This document shows, in pieces, positions 10,831-19,790 of a stretch of DNA of 64,000 nucleotides; within the stretch, counting starts at the first letter, position 1; each line of letters opens with the position of its first letter. Source of the DNA: Candidatus Moraniibacteriota bacterium (lineage in GTDB: Bacteria > Patescibacteriota > Minisyncoccia > CAIUEV01 > JAHKAQ01); assembly GCA_014729795.1 (NCBI GenBank), contig WJJI01000014.1:757-64756 (forward strand). Direction: 5' to 3'. The notes under the pieces were generated by a model that was given only the letters and a program-made list of their open reading frames with translations, did no database searches and was not told the origin of the DNA. The position numbers were made by a program, and so were the translations under genes.

Positions 10831-12165
10831 TTATTCCCGGATGTCTTTTTCAAATATTACTTCGCCCCGGCTTTGAGATATGGTCAAAGGCGCGTTTTCA
10901 TCATAAGAAAGCACAATTTGAGCTAATTTGTTTAAATCCTCTTGGTCAATAGTTTGGACATTGGATGATTTGTGCAAAAAGTCTCGTTGATCTTCTTCGG
11001 TATGGTGAGAAACCCCGTAACGATTACGATAATCCAAAATCCAGTTTTGAATGGTTGGCGGGACTGTGCCGGGTTGGCCTAACCGGTAAAGTGGTTTTTT
11101 GGTGATAAGTTGATCAGCCACCTTGGGAATGGTTTTTAAAGCGTCCTTAATTGGCATCTTGACCAGGTCTTTTTCATTTGCTGGAGGAGCTTGCGCGACA
11201 GCGGGTTGGTTCAAGTCTTTTTTGGCTTGTTCTAAAGTCGGACTTTTTTTAACAACTGGTTTTGATTGAGCAACAGCAGATTCCGGACCGGGTTGCTGTT
11301 GTTGGGTCTGGACGCTTTGATTCTTTGAGTACCGGGGTTGAGCTGCTGGAGTTTGGGTTTGGGCAGGCGTCGGCGCTTGATCTTGTATTATACCCTGTAC
11401 CTCCTGTTGAACCGGCATTTTAAATTTCGGTTTGGCCGGAGGCTGGGGCTGAGGCACTGGTTTTGGCTGCCAAGCCGGTTTAATATCTTGAGGTTGGATT
11501 TCGGCTCTTTCCTCCTCTTGTTCTTCTGAGTCAATTTCTTGAGCAATCCTGGATAAGTTTTTAGCCAACTGCAGCGCTTCCTTAAGGGAGGGTAACTTAA
11601 GGTATTCAAATGCCAAAAAAAGTTTTTTCAAGGCTTGCTTATAGTCATCGCTTATTCCTTGAGCGTTGGGGCTGTTAGCTAAAAAACGAACAATCGCCAT
11701 TTCATCATCTTGTTTTTCCATGCCATAAGCTTCGGTGTAATGTCTTAACCAATTACCAATGGTAGCGTTTTTTTGAGCGCCATTCTTAAAAATCAATTGA
11801 TTATCAGCCAATTTTTGTTCATTTTCCAACAAAGCCCGCAATATTAATTGTAAATAGTTAAGCCAAGGAGCGCTTGGAATGCTCATGCGTAAGCGTTCCA
11901 ACAGCTTTTCCAAATCAGAGCTTTTATCCACCAAAGGCAACAAAAAATGATCGCGCAACATTTCCAGTTGCTCATTCTGGGTCAAAGTGGGTAATAAAAC
12001 CCATCTGATTTTCAGTTTAGCCTCTTCTATCCAGTCTGGATCCAAGTCTTTTAAATTTTCCGGATTTGAAAAAAACTCCTCCAGTTCCTGAGCCTCATCA
12101 AGGTTTTGACCCGACCAGGCTCGATATAACTTTAATTTTAATTGGTTAAAATCTTGTTTGTTCAT
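10831..12165 (-). CDS. hypothetical protein with a duplicated helical domain and a P/Q-rich linker
   Basis: 444-aa ORF. TIGNWLRHY...FLANSPNAQ recurs as TIQNWILDY...FLHKSSNVQ. Confidence 0.75.
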   Translation of the reverse strand: MNKQDFNQLKLKLYRAWSGQNLDEAQELEEFFSNPENLKDLDPDWIEEAKLKIRWVLLPTLTQNEQLEMLRDHFLLPLVDKSSDLEKLLERLRMSIPSAPWLNYLQLILRALLENEQKLADNQLIFKNGAQKNATIGNWLRHYTEAYGMEKQDDEMAIVRFLANSPNAQGISDDYKQALKKLFLAFEYLKLPSLKEALQLAKNLSRIAQEIDSEEQEEERAEIQPQDIKPAWQPKPVPQPQPPAKPKFKMPVQQEVQGIIQDQAPTPAQTQTPAAQPRYSKNQSVQTQQQQPGPESAVAQSKPVVKKSPTLEQAKKDLNQPAVAQAPPANEKDLVKMPIKDALKTIPKVADQLITKKPLYRLGQPGTVPPTIQNWILDYRNRYGVSHHTEEDQRDFLHKSSNVQTIDQEDLNKLAQIVLSYDENAPLTISQSRGEVIFEKDIRE

Positions 12166-12196
12166 ATCAAATAATTGTTTATTGAAAAACTAATCA

Positions 12197-14734
12197 TCAA
12201 AATGGCCCGCTTCCGGATTTCTGCCGGCTTATTAAAACTTGATTAATGGTTTCGGTTATTTTCTTCACTTGATCCCTATCCAAATTGTTATCACTCTTCA
12301 AATCCCTGACTTTTTGCTTCATGGCGTTTGCCACCGCGTCAGAAATATTAAAAGCGCTGTTTTGAAAGCCTTGAGTATCCATTCTCTTAATAAGATGCTC
12401 AAAAACCACTCTATCATTTATATGTTGGGGTTTTAAGCTTCTGGCCAAACCTCGGTTGTTCATGCTTTGTATTTCACTTATTACAAACTCTTGTTGTTCT
12501 TTCGGCTCAGCCAAACGCAACTCTTTTGTTATAGGGTCAATTCGAGTTAACCCGGCATGATAAAAATCGTCATTGGCCATAGCCGTAGCGCTTAAATCGC
12601 TGGCAAGTCTTCTTTGCTGACGACTATCGCTAAATTCTGTTTCCAAAAATTTCTTTATGCCATCGGCGTCGTCTTTGCGGCCGAGAGCGCTTAAAAATGG
12701 CTTGATCGCGCCCATGCTCCAAGCCATACGCGTTAAGGCTTCCTTCTGATTTTCGTTGGTTGTGCCTTGATAAGCTTGAATCAATTGTTCAGGGGTGCGA
12801 ACCCCGCTTTGCTTGTATTTTTCTGTTTCGTTGGCCACCTCGACTTCTCTTGGTCGGTCGTAATTAACAGCTTCTCTAAAATGATTTTTCCAAACAGCTT
12901 TTCTGGCGTTTTTAATTGCTTCTTTGTCTTTGTTTTCATTAAGCTCGCCAGCTTCACTAAGTTTTTCCTTTAAAACTTGGTTGGCATGTTCTTTGTCAGT
13001 AATTCTAAGTTCGTTTCCTTGTTTTTGGCTTTTTTTGTCAGCAATTCTAAGTTCGTTTCCTTGTTTTTGGCTTTCGAGCTCTTGAATTTGTTTTTCAAGA
13101 GCTTCTCTGTCATTATTAGCTTTTTTTCTTGCTTTTTCATCTTCGATCTCCTTTATTTCTTTTTCCAGTTGTTCGTTTTCACCTTCGATCTCCTTTATTT
13201 CTTCCTCGTTGTTTTTTATTTCCTTATTCGCATTGTCTCTTTTTTGGTTTCTTTGGTTTTGTTCTATTTCCTCGGCTCTTTTTTTGGCGCCTCTATCAAA
13301 AAAGGCACTGGCTCCGGTAAGGGTCTTTTCAATAGCCTCCGTATCTTCTTCTCTCATCGCATGTTTGGTGCGATTTATTTTTTCCTTCACAAGCCTACCA
13401 GTATTAACGGGATCTAAAAAAGCCGAAGCTAATTTTAGGCCTCCGCCAACTTTTTGCAATCCTTTTCCCGCCAAATTTCTTACCTTTTTTTCACTTTCAG
13501 ACATTTTTTTGCCTTTATTCTCAATCACGCCTCCAAGTTTTCTCGCGGCTACTTTTGTCAGACCGGCCACTCCAAGTCCGGTCAACGCCGCTGCTCCCGC
13601 TGTTGAGAGCTTCATGGCCATGCCAGCGCCGGCTGCGCCCATAACCCCGGCCATGTAAACCGAGCCAATCAAAAGCACCATAGCGAATATTAAATAAATC
13701 CAGGTATTATAAGAATTAATATGATTTTCGGCTTTAGAAGTATGCTCTGCCCCATCAATTTGGCTGGCAATATTCGAGATGCTATCGCCTCCCTCCGAAG
13801 GAATGATGGTAAGAACCTCAGCGCTAAACCAAAGGAAAAAAAGCATCAAAGGGCCCATAAAAGCATATTTCAAAAAAGCGCTCCACCATTTACTGGCCAT
13901 GCCTTGGGTGTCGGGCAATATCATGCCCACGTAAGCCAAAGGAGAAACAACAATCAAAACCCAAATAGCCACGGTTCTAACAATTAAAAGCATGGCCACA
14001 GAACCAATTACAAAGGTGGCTAAAAACACAAACGCCACAGTTAAAACCGGGCCGATTGCTGTCGCAACAATTTCAACTAAATCGTCAGCGCTCAAAATTT
14101 TTAATATAATATCTGCCGTTGCCTTCCATTTCAAAGCCAATAAATTCCAGATCGTTTCTCTGAGTTTTGCTATGGGGTTTCCAAAAATGTTACCAAACAT
14201 GATAACATGGGTAAAATCCAAAACTATACCGGCAAACACCCGGCTAAAATTGGTTAAAAAAGCCAAGATCACCAATCGCACCAACAGCTTCTTGTAACTA
14301 TATTTTTCCACGCGAAAAATCGTACCCACTCCAATAAACAATAAAGCCACGATAAAGCCCATATCCGCGATTAAAGTCACTATGTTATGAGCCTTGATAA
14401 TGGTTTCATTGCTGGCAAAACCGCCGAGTTCCATATAAAAATCCGGATTGAAAAAGTCTTCAATCATATTAGAAGCAACAAGAAAGAAAATCCAAGCGAC
14501 AAACTGAAGCATTGTTGCTATAACTATCATAAAGCCCACCGGAAGCTTAATAAAAATAAAAGAAAAGAATTCCCAACCCGCATTGGTTAACCCTTTTAAA
14601 AGCTGATCTATCCAACCTGCTTGAGTCGGTTCTGGCGCCATCAGAAAAAAAACAACTGCAATTATTAACCCCAGCAAAGTTAAATATTTCCAATTATTTT
14701 TATTGCTTATTTTGTTTTTGATTTTTTCAATCAT
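12197..14734 (-). CDS. VirB6/TrbL-like polytopic membrane protein with a long coiled-coil C-terminal region
   Basis: LIVRTVAIWVLIVVSPLAYVGMILPDTQGMASKWW resembles the VirB6 core; followed by a G/A-rich segment and a coiled coil; T4SS context. Confidence 0.75.
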   Translation of the reverse strand: MIEKIKNKISNKNNWKYLTLLGLIIAVVFFLMAPEPTQAGWIDQLLKGLTNAGWEFFSFIFIKLPVGFMIVIATMLQFVAWIFFLVASNMIEDFFNPDFYMELGGFASNETIIKAHNIVTLIADMGFIVALLFIGVGTIFRVEKYSYKKLLVRLVILAFLTNFSRVFAGIVLDFTHVIMFGNIFGNPIAKLRETIWNLLALKWKATADIILKILSADDLVEIVATAIGPVLTVAFVFLATFVIGSVAMLLIVRTVAIWVLIVVSPLAYVGMILPDTQGMASKWWSAFLKYAFMGPLMLFFLWFSAEVLTIIPSEGGDSISNIASQIDGAEHTSKAENHINSYNTWIYLIFAMVLLIGSVYMAGVMGAAGAGMAMKLSTAGAAALTGLGVAGLTKVAARKLGGVIENKGKKMSESEKKVRNLAGKGLQKVGGGLKLASAFLDPVNTGRLVKEKINRTKHAMREEDTEAIEKTLTGASAFFDRGAKKRAEEIEQNQRNQKRDNANKEIKNNEEEIKEIEGENEQLEKEIKEIEDEKARKKANNDREALEKQIQELESQKQGNELRIADKKSQKQGNELRITDKEHANQVLKEKLSEAGELNENKDKEAIKNARKAVWKNHFREAVNYDRPREVEVANETEKYKQSGVRTPEQLIQAYQGTTNENQKEALTRMAWSMGAIKPFLSALGRKDDADGIKKFLETEFSDSRQQRRLASDLSATAMANDDFYHAGLTRIDPITKELRLAEPKEQQEFVISEIQSMNNRGLARSLKPQHINDRVVFEHLIKRMDTQGFQNSAFNISDAVANAMKQKVRDLKSDNNLDRDQVKKITETINQVLISRQKSGSGPF
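12992..13074. repeat. in-frame 42-bp tandem duplication (SQKQGNELRIxDK x2)
   Basis: tttgtcag(t/c)aattctaagttcgtttccttgtttttggcttt occurs twice with period 42. Confidence 0.9.
13141..13204. repeat. in-frame repeat with 42-bp period (EIKEIE x2)
   Basis: cttcgatctcctttatttctt starts at both 13141 and 13183. Confidence 0.85.
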
Positions 14735-14735
14735 T

Positions 14736-15236
14736 TTAATTGGCTTGTTTTAATTTGGCTCTTAAGCGTTGAATCTGGGCGGTTAATTTTTGCGACTTTT
14801 CCACAATTTCTTGAGACCGTTCAAGGTTTTTTTCAGATTGTTTTTTTGAAGAGCGCCAGGCAAGTAAAACCATAATTGTTGTAATCGGAGTAATGCCATC
14901 CAAAAAAGGAATAAAAGCCGCGATTAAATCTATTATTATGGGAAGAATTATCCTTAAAAATTTTTTCCAAAGATGCCTTCTCCAACCCATTTGCCACCAT
15001 ATCGGTATAGCAACAAACAGAAATTTTATTATCGGGGAAATACCCACATCCAAGGGGGGAGGCAAAAGGTCGGTAAATTCTGACATAACTGCGAACATCA
15101 AGGCGATTATAAAGATAGTATCGTTATACTGTTGGGCCTTGTCGAATAGTTTTTTCGCTTTTGCTTCAAGTTTCTTTTGAACCGATTGGTTACGCAATAT
15201 CAATTTCAGAATTCTTTGGTTTGTTGGGACAGCCAT
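14736..15236 (-). CDS. hypothetical membrane protein
   Basis: 3-4 hydrophobic segments, including DLIAAFIPFLDGITP; ends 1 bp before the VirB6-like start. Confidence 0.7.
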   Translation of the reverse strand: MAVPTNQRILKLILRNQSVQKKLEAKAKKLFDKAQQYNDTIFIIALMFAVMSEFTDLLPPPLDVGISPIIKFLFVAIPIWWQMGWRRHLWKKFLRIILPIIIDLIAAFIPFLDGITPITTIMVLLAWRSSKKQSEKNLERSQEIVEKSQKLTAQIQRLRAKLKQAN

Positions 15237-15261
15237 TTTTAAAATCAGCGCTTACTTTATT

Positions 15262-17292
15262 TTAAAAAATACTATTATTATCAACTTTTTGCCAGTTTCG
15301 CCCGTTTTGTGAAGTGGCTGAAAAAATTGTCCACACCGCTCCGTCAAAACCCGCGTACCACATTCGATATGGCCCTCCGGCTTCGCCGGCTAAACCGTCT
15401 TGGTCTTCAGTTACAACCATTGGGCCTACTACCTGAACATTATCCCCATCTCCTCTTTCGCCTACATCCAGTACGACCTCGCCCGGAGGAAAGGAACTCG
15501 GTGTTGGAGATTGGGTGTAAAAAATACGCCACGTTGCTCCATCATACCCACTATACCACATATGATACATTTTATAAATCGGTTGACAACGTTCAATGCA
15601 GCACTGTTCATTAAACTTTCTTTCTAAAATAACCGAAGGAGCGGATACATACACGCTGTCCTTGGCGTCTTTATTGGAGTTGGGTTCTAGCGCGATTTGA
15701 TGGCTGGAGCTGTCTGACCACCACAAAGGATCAACGCTCTTGGCGTGGTATATTCTCCAGGTCGCCCCATCAAATCCACTGTACCACATATGATACATTC
15801 GAAATGTTTCAAAACAAATCTCTACATATTGGTTGCAAATACATTGCGAATCAATATCTGCCACCATAGCCGGGCTGTCAACATGAACATGGGGCTTAGA
15901 AGCTTGATTTTCGCCACTTACGTCAATTTGCAAGCGCCCTCGACTTTTGTCCCAGGTATAAGTGTCCATGCTGGTGGCTCCAAAAATGCGCCAAGCTGCC
16001 CCCGCTTGCAGAGTATAACCGCTGTAATACATAATATAATCATTTTGAACCTCTGTCTCTCCTTGCTGCTGTCGCACTTCTCTTTGAGTAAAAACCCAGG
16101 GATTAGCTGTGTGGATAAAATCCAAGAATCCTTTCGGCGAATTGGGTACGCGGCCATTGGTGCCGACCAAACTCCGCTCGGGTACGCTGTTATCAACTTT
16201 GCTTAAATTATCGGCATTGCTTGCTTCAGCCATGTAAATCCTCCAGTTTGCGGAGTTATAACCGGGATACCAAAGCTTATACTGGTTGGAGTTTTGAGGA
16301 TATATAGCAGCCGGACCATCGGGGGAATTTACGTGTTCTCCGGCGGCCAAGCCGGTTGAGCCACCCCCTACATAGGTTTGGTCGCCTTTGCCTTTTGTTC
16401 CAAGCACGATCCTCCCGCCACCGGAACTGCTGTCGCTCCGATTGATGCCGCCATCGCCTGTTTCTTCTAAATCGCCGCCATTATCCAAGCCATCAAAAGG
16501 AGATTCGGAATAATCGGCCAAAAAATCAGAAGTATCGAGCTGATTTAAATCAACCTGATTGTCCTTATCCTGCCTGTCTGCGTCCGAATCATCAAAAACA
16601 CTGTCGGTTTCGCCTGAATCATTAGCTTGGTTTGTTTCCGGCTCGGTTTCGAGAGTGTCGGAATCACCGGATTCCCGGTTTTGTCCCAATTCCGGACTCG
16701 GCTGATTGCCGGTATCTTCAGTTTGGTTTGTTTTAAGCCCGGCAAGTTCTTCAACCGCCTGTTCTTTGATTTCCCGCGCCTGGGTCAAACAAAAGACATA
16801 TTGTTCATGATCGCCCAAGTTTTCTTCGATATAATCTTGTTGAATTAGCTGTTGATCTCCGTTTTTACGATTCTCGTAATCTTCGCACCAAGATTTTGCT
16901 TCAGGATTAAGCTCGCCCAAATATTTATTGACCACCGGAGCGCCGTTTACACAAGTAACCGTCAGTCGATCTCCTTGGGAATTACAGTACATTTCTCCCG
17001 GACTTTGACTGGAGCATTCTTGGCCATGACTCATCAAAATCCAATCGCCTTCTGGTCTCATGGCGACACAATCCGGTGTAAAATCAAGGGTTTGAGCTTG
17101 ATCTTGGTTTTCTAAACCGGTTGATTCGGCTTGAGATTTTTGCGTTAATCGGGTTTGCCGCCGCGCGGTTTCAGAAACTTGAGCCAGTCCAATTAACAAA
17201 GAACCCAAAATCACTAAAATTGAGGCTACGATAAAGAAATTTTTTCTTTTATAAATAAAATTAATCAAACGATCTGAAATATTTTGGCGCAT
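15262..17292 (-). CDS. membrane-anchored protein with an acidic disordered stalk and a five-bladed beta-propeller (GH32/43/130-like) repeat region
   Basis: N-terminal TM, D/E/S/G-rich linker, five repeats of type YHMWYSGYDGATWRIYHAxS. Confidence 0.7.
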   Translation of the reverse strand: MRQNISDRLINFIYKRKNFFIVASILVILGSLLIGLAQVSETARRQTRLTQKSQAESTGLENQDQAQTLDFTPDCVAMRPEGDWILMSHGQECSSQSPGEMYCNSQGDRLTVTCVNGAPVVNKYLGELNPEAKSWCEDYENRKNGDQQLIQQDYIEENLGDHEQYVFCLTQAREIKEQAVEELAGLKTNQTEDTGNQPSPELGQNRESGDSDTLETEPETNQANDSGETDSVFDDSDADRQDKDNQVDLNQLDTSDFLADYSESPFDGLDNGGDLEETGDGGINRSDSSSGGGRIVLGTKGKGDQTYVGGGSTGLAAGEHVNSPDGPAAIYPQNSNQYKLWYPGYNSANWRIYMAEASNADNLSKVDNSVPERSLVGTNGRVPNSPKGFLDFIHTANPWVFTQREVRQQQGETEVQNDYIMYYSGYTLQAGAAWRIFGATSMDTYTWDKSRGRLQIDVSGENQASKPHVHVDSPAMVADIDSQCICNQYVEICFETFRMYHMWYSGFDGATWRIYHAKSVDPLWWSDSSSHQIALEPNSNKDAKDSVYVSAPSVILERKFNEQCCIERCQPIYKMYHMWYSGYDGATWRIFYTQSPTPSSFPPGEVVLDVGERGDGDNVQVVGPMVVTEDQDGLAGEAGGPYRMWYAGFDGAVWTIFSATSQNGRNWQKVDNNSIF

Positions 17293-17614
17293 TTTGTTTT
17301 ATTGATGTTTTGTTATTTTATTTATAGCAAATTTATATCCTAGATGTAAAGGCGTTGAGTCTGAAGCCTTTATTTTTTCTTTACTTTTATGAAAAACAAT
17401 TAAAACAACCTCTTTCCCGCTTTCTTTTAAAATTTTTATCATCTCGTCTCTCTCTGTTTCACGATTTTCATTTTCAGCATTATTTGTTTTAATTTTTAAA
17501 AAAAACAACCCAAATGAACAATTCGAAACAAGGGTTTTTAAAAATATTGCATTGTTTGTTATTTATATTATCCGGATTTTTTACTATTTTATACTTTATA
17601 AGCGCGGTAACAAT

Positions 17615-18925
17615 TCAATATCTTATAAACAATGTCAAAGATAATATTATTAACAGAAAGGCTGTTGTTAATGGAATGTATTTTAAAAAAATATATTTAG
17701 CGATATTTGCTTTTTGATTTAAATAAACAAAAATAATAAATAATGGGATTAAAGTAAATAGAATATATCTAAAATCACCAACGCAAGAATAAGGATTAAA
17801 AATTCTCATTATAATTATTGAGAATAAAAATAAACAAATAAAAATTAAAAGACTTTTAATTTTATTAATACAAATTTTTTTAGATATGAATATATACAAT
17901 AAGGTTATCATATAAATTAATAATGCCAAGAAGTTAATTATTGAAATTATGGTGTGGTTTATTTTATCTCCTGGATTAAACCACTCAATACTTATGCTTG
18001 TTTTTATTAAAAAATTCCAAAAAAGTTTTGATTGTTCATTAGTATCCAAACCATTAGCTATTGGATGTTTTATAAAATTACGGAAATCAAAAACCAAATA
18101 ATTTATCGGTTCGTTTTTAAATTTTAATTCGTGAACGTTTTCTAATTCGTGAATATTTTCAATTAATGTTGTAAATTTTTTATTATCCGGGCGTATATAG
18201 TTTGGGATATAAAATAATAAAAATATCAAGAATATAATAAAAAGCGCTTTAATATTTTTTAAAACGAAAATATGTTTTTTGTTTTTCATAATAAAAATAA
18301 CTCCGATGAAAACAAAACTGACTAACCCGCTAAGTTTTGTTATTAGCGCTAAACCGGCAAACAATGAAGCTAAATATAAATATTGATTTTTTGAAAATTT
18401 ATTCCATAAAAGGGTTAAGTGTAAAGATACAATAACGAAAAAATATAATAAAAGATCATTACCAATTCTACCTGAATGTATTATTAAAGATGGCCAAAAA
18501 GAAATTAAAGCCAAAAATAGAATTAAATATTTTTTTGAGACTATGTATTGTTTTGCAATCTTTAAAGAGAAAAAAAGAACCCCAAGCATAAATAAGAGAG
18601 ATTGACATTGCAAACTCTTTAAAGCAATATCTTTATTATTATATATTAATAAGAACATTTTATATGTGATCGCAGAAATAATATAATATAGTGGAGGATG
18701 CCAACACTCCCAACATGCTTGTTTTTGTGGTAATTTATAATATTTTGAAATATATTCAATATATTCAATATGACCCCCAACGTCATGGGTATTAATTTGA
18801 TAAGGTGTCTGATTAATATAATGAATTCTGATTAAGATTGCCGATATAAAAATTAATAAAATAATTATTTTTTCTTTATAGGTAATAATTTTTTTAAGTT
18901 TGTTTATAAGTTTTGTTCGTATCAT
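17615..18925 (-). CDS. GT-C fold glycosyltransferase (PMT_2/ArnT-like), AT-rich
   Basis: HDVGGH, WHPPLYY, RIGND, GLALITKLSG, GDFRY; many TM segments. Confidence 0.75.
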   Translation of the reverse strand: MIRTKLINKLKKIITYKEKIIILLIFISAILIRIHYINQTPYQINTHDVGGHIEYIEYISKYYKLPQKQACWECWHPPLYYIISAITYKMFLLIYNNKDIALKSLQCQSLLFMLGVLFFSLKIAKQYIVSKKYLILFLALISFWPSLIIHSGRIGNDLLLYFFVIVSLHLTLLWNKFSKNQYLYLASLFAGLALITKLSGLVSFVFIGVIFIMKNKKHIFVLKNIKALFIIFLIFLLFYIPNYIRPDNKKFTTLIENIHELENVHELKFKNEPINYLVFDFRNFIKHPIANGLDTNEQSKLFWNFLIKTSISIEWFNPGDKINHTIISIINFLALLIYMITLLYIFISKKICINKIKSLLIFICLFLFSIIIMRIFNPYSCVGDFRYILFTLIPLFIIFVYLNQKANIAKYIFLKYIPLTTAFLLIILSLTLFIRY

Positions 18926-19114
18926 TTGTTTTAATAAACTAAAGAGTATCTACTAAAAAAGATAATTCAAAATGATGTTGACAAAGACGCAACAACAATT
19001 TTTACAAAAAAGCAAAAAGTGTTCAAATTTGAGTCGGGTTGCTTGTTTGTAAAGTTTTTTCCCGGGGGTAAGTATGCTTTGTCTTTTTTAACCGGCTTCT
19101 ACCTACTTTAAAAT

Positions 19115-19387
19115 TTAATAATTGTGGGTTTGAGCGTAATTCAAAGAAGCGACCACGGCTTGAGCGATTTTTTGACTAGAATAGTTTTGATCAATATCTG
19201 ACCTTAATTTAAATTTTTTTATGGCTTTAATATCTACTTTTTGCTTGGTTAGCAAAGCGGCAATTTCCTTTAAAAGCCGGGTGGATAAATCACGTTTATC
19301 CTTCCAAACCGATCGGGCTTCAAGCTTGCCCTTATTAAGTAGCTCTAAAACGACCTCGGAATTTTTTATTTTTATGATTAAGTCCAT
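19115..19387 (-). CDS. truncated TsaB-like protein (N-terminal lobe only)
   Basis: LSTRLLKEIAALLTKQKVDIKAIKKF resembles the TsaB helix-strand pattern; YSSQKIAQAVVASL aligns with FTGLRIG..A..L but is degenerate. Confidence 0.5.
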   Translation of the reverse strand: MDLIIKIKNSEVVLELLNKGKLEARSVWKDKRDLSTRLLKEIAALLTKQKVDIKAIKKFKLRSDIDQNYSSQKIAQAVVASLNYAQTHNY

Positions 19388-19531
19388 GATATTCTTGCTT
19401 TTAATCAAATTTTAGTTATTATACAATAAAAGTAAAGTAGCTTTTGGAAAATAATGCATGGTTGCGAAAATTTCATTTTTTGATGATTTTTGGCTAATGT
19501 TGGCAAAAAATCTTACAATATACTTTAAAAT

Positions 19532-19733
19532 GGAATTTGCGGTAGTCGATTTATTTTTCAGAGGTTCCCAAACAAAATAGAAGCGATTGAAAATGGCCTC
19601 ACCAGCCGTTTGAGCTTCCGGAAACGCTGATCCGAATAAGCCGGCGAAAAAGAGTCCAATAATTTGGAAAGCTAAGTGGAACCGCCCAATCCGGGTCTTA
19701 GCGTTTATTTAAATTACTGGATTTTTTTATTTT
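19532..19733 (+). promoter_or_regulatory. T-box riboswitch (Thr specifier ACC) in the thrS leader
   Basis: Antiterminator GCTAAG-TGGAACC-GCCC-AATCC-GGGT-CTTAGC (19671-19702); stem III TCCAA-TAAT-TTGGA preceded by AGAG; ACC at 19601-19603 followed by A and the helix GCCGT/GCGGT; alternative terminator AATCCGG/CTGGATT plus a T tract. Confidence 0.8.
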
Positions 19734-19790
19734 CGTAAACCTTTAGCGGCTATCTTGTTAACAAGTTCAAATAATGATTAAACTTATAAA

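Noticed and set aside
12239-14590. Many plus-strand ORFs, including 146-aa and 149-aa F/L-rich ones
   Set aside because: Antisense shadows of the K/E-rich VirB6-like gene; their repeats only mirror its duplications.
6925-14734. Conjugative element (ICE)
   Set aside because: No relaxase, coupling protein, integrase or boundary repeats in the window, and composition is like the core genes.
17514-17717. 67-aa plus-strand hydrophobic ORF
   Set aside because: It overlaps the 3' end of the GT-C gene in antisense within very AT-rich DNA and has no supporting motif.
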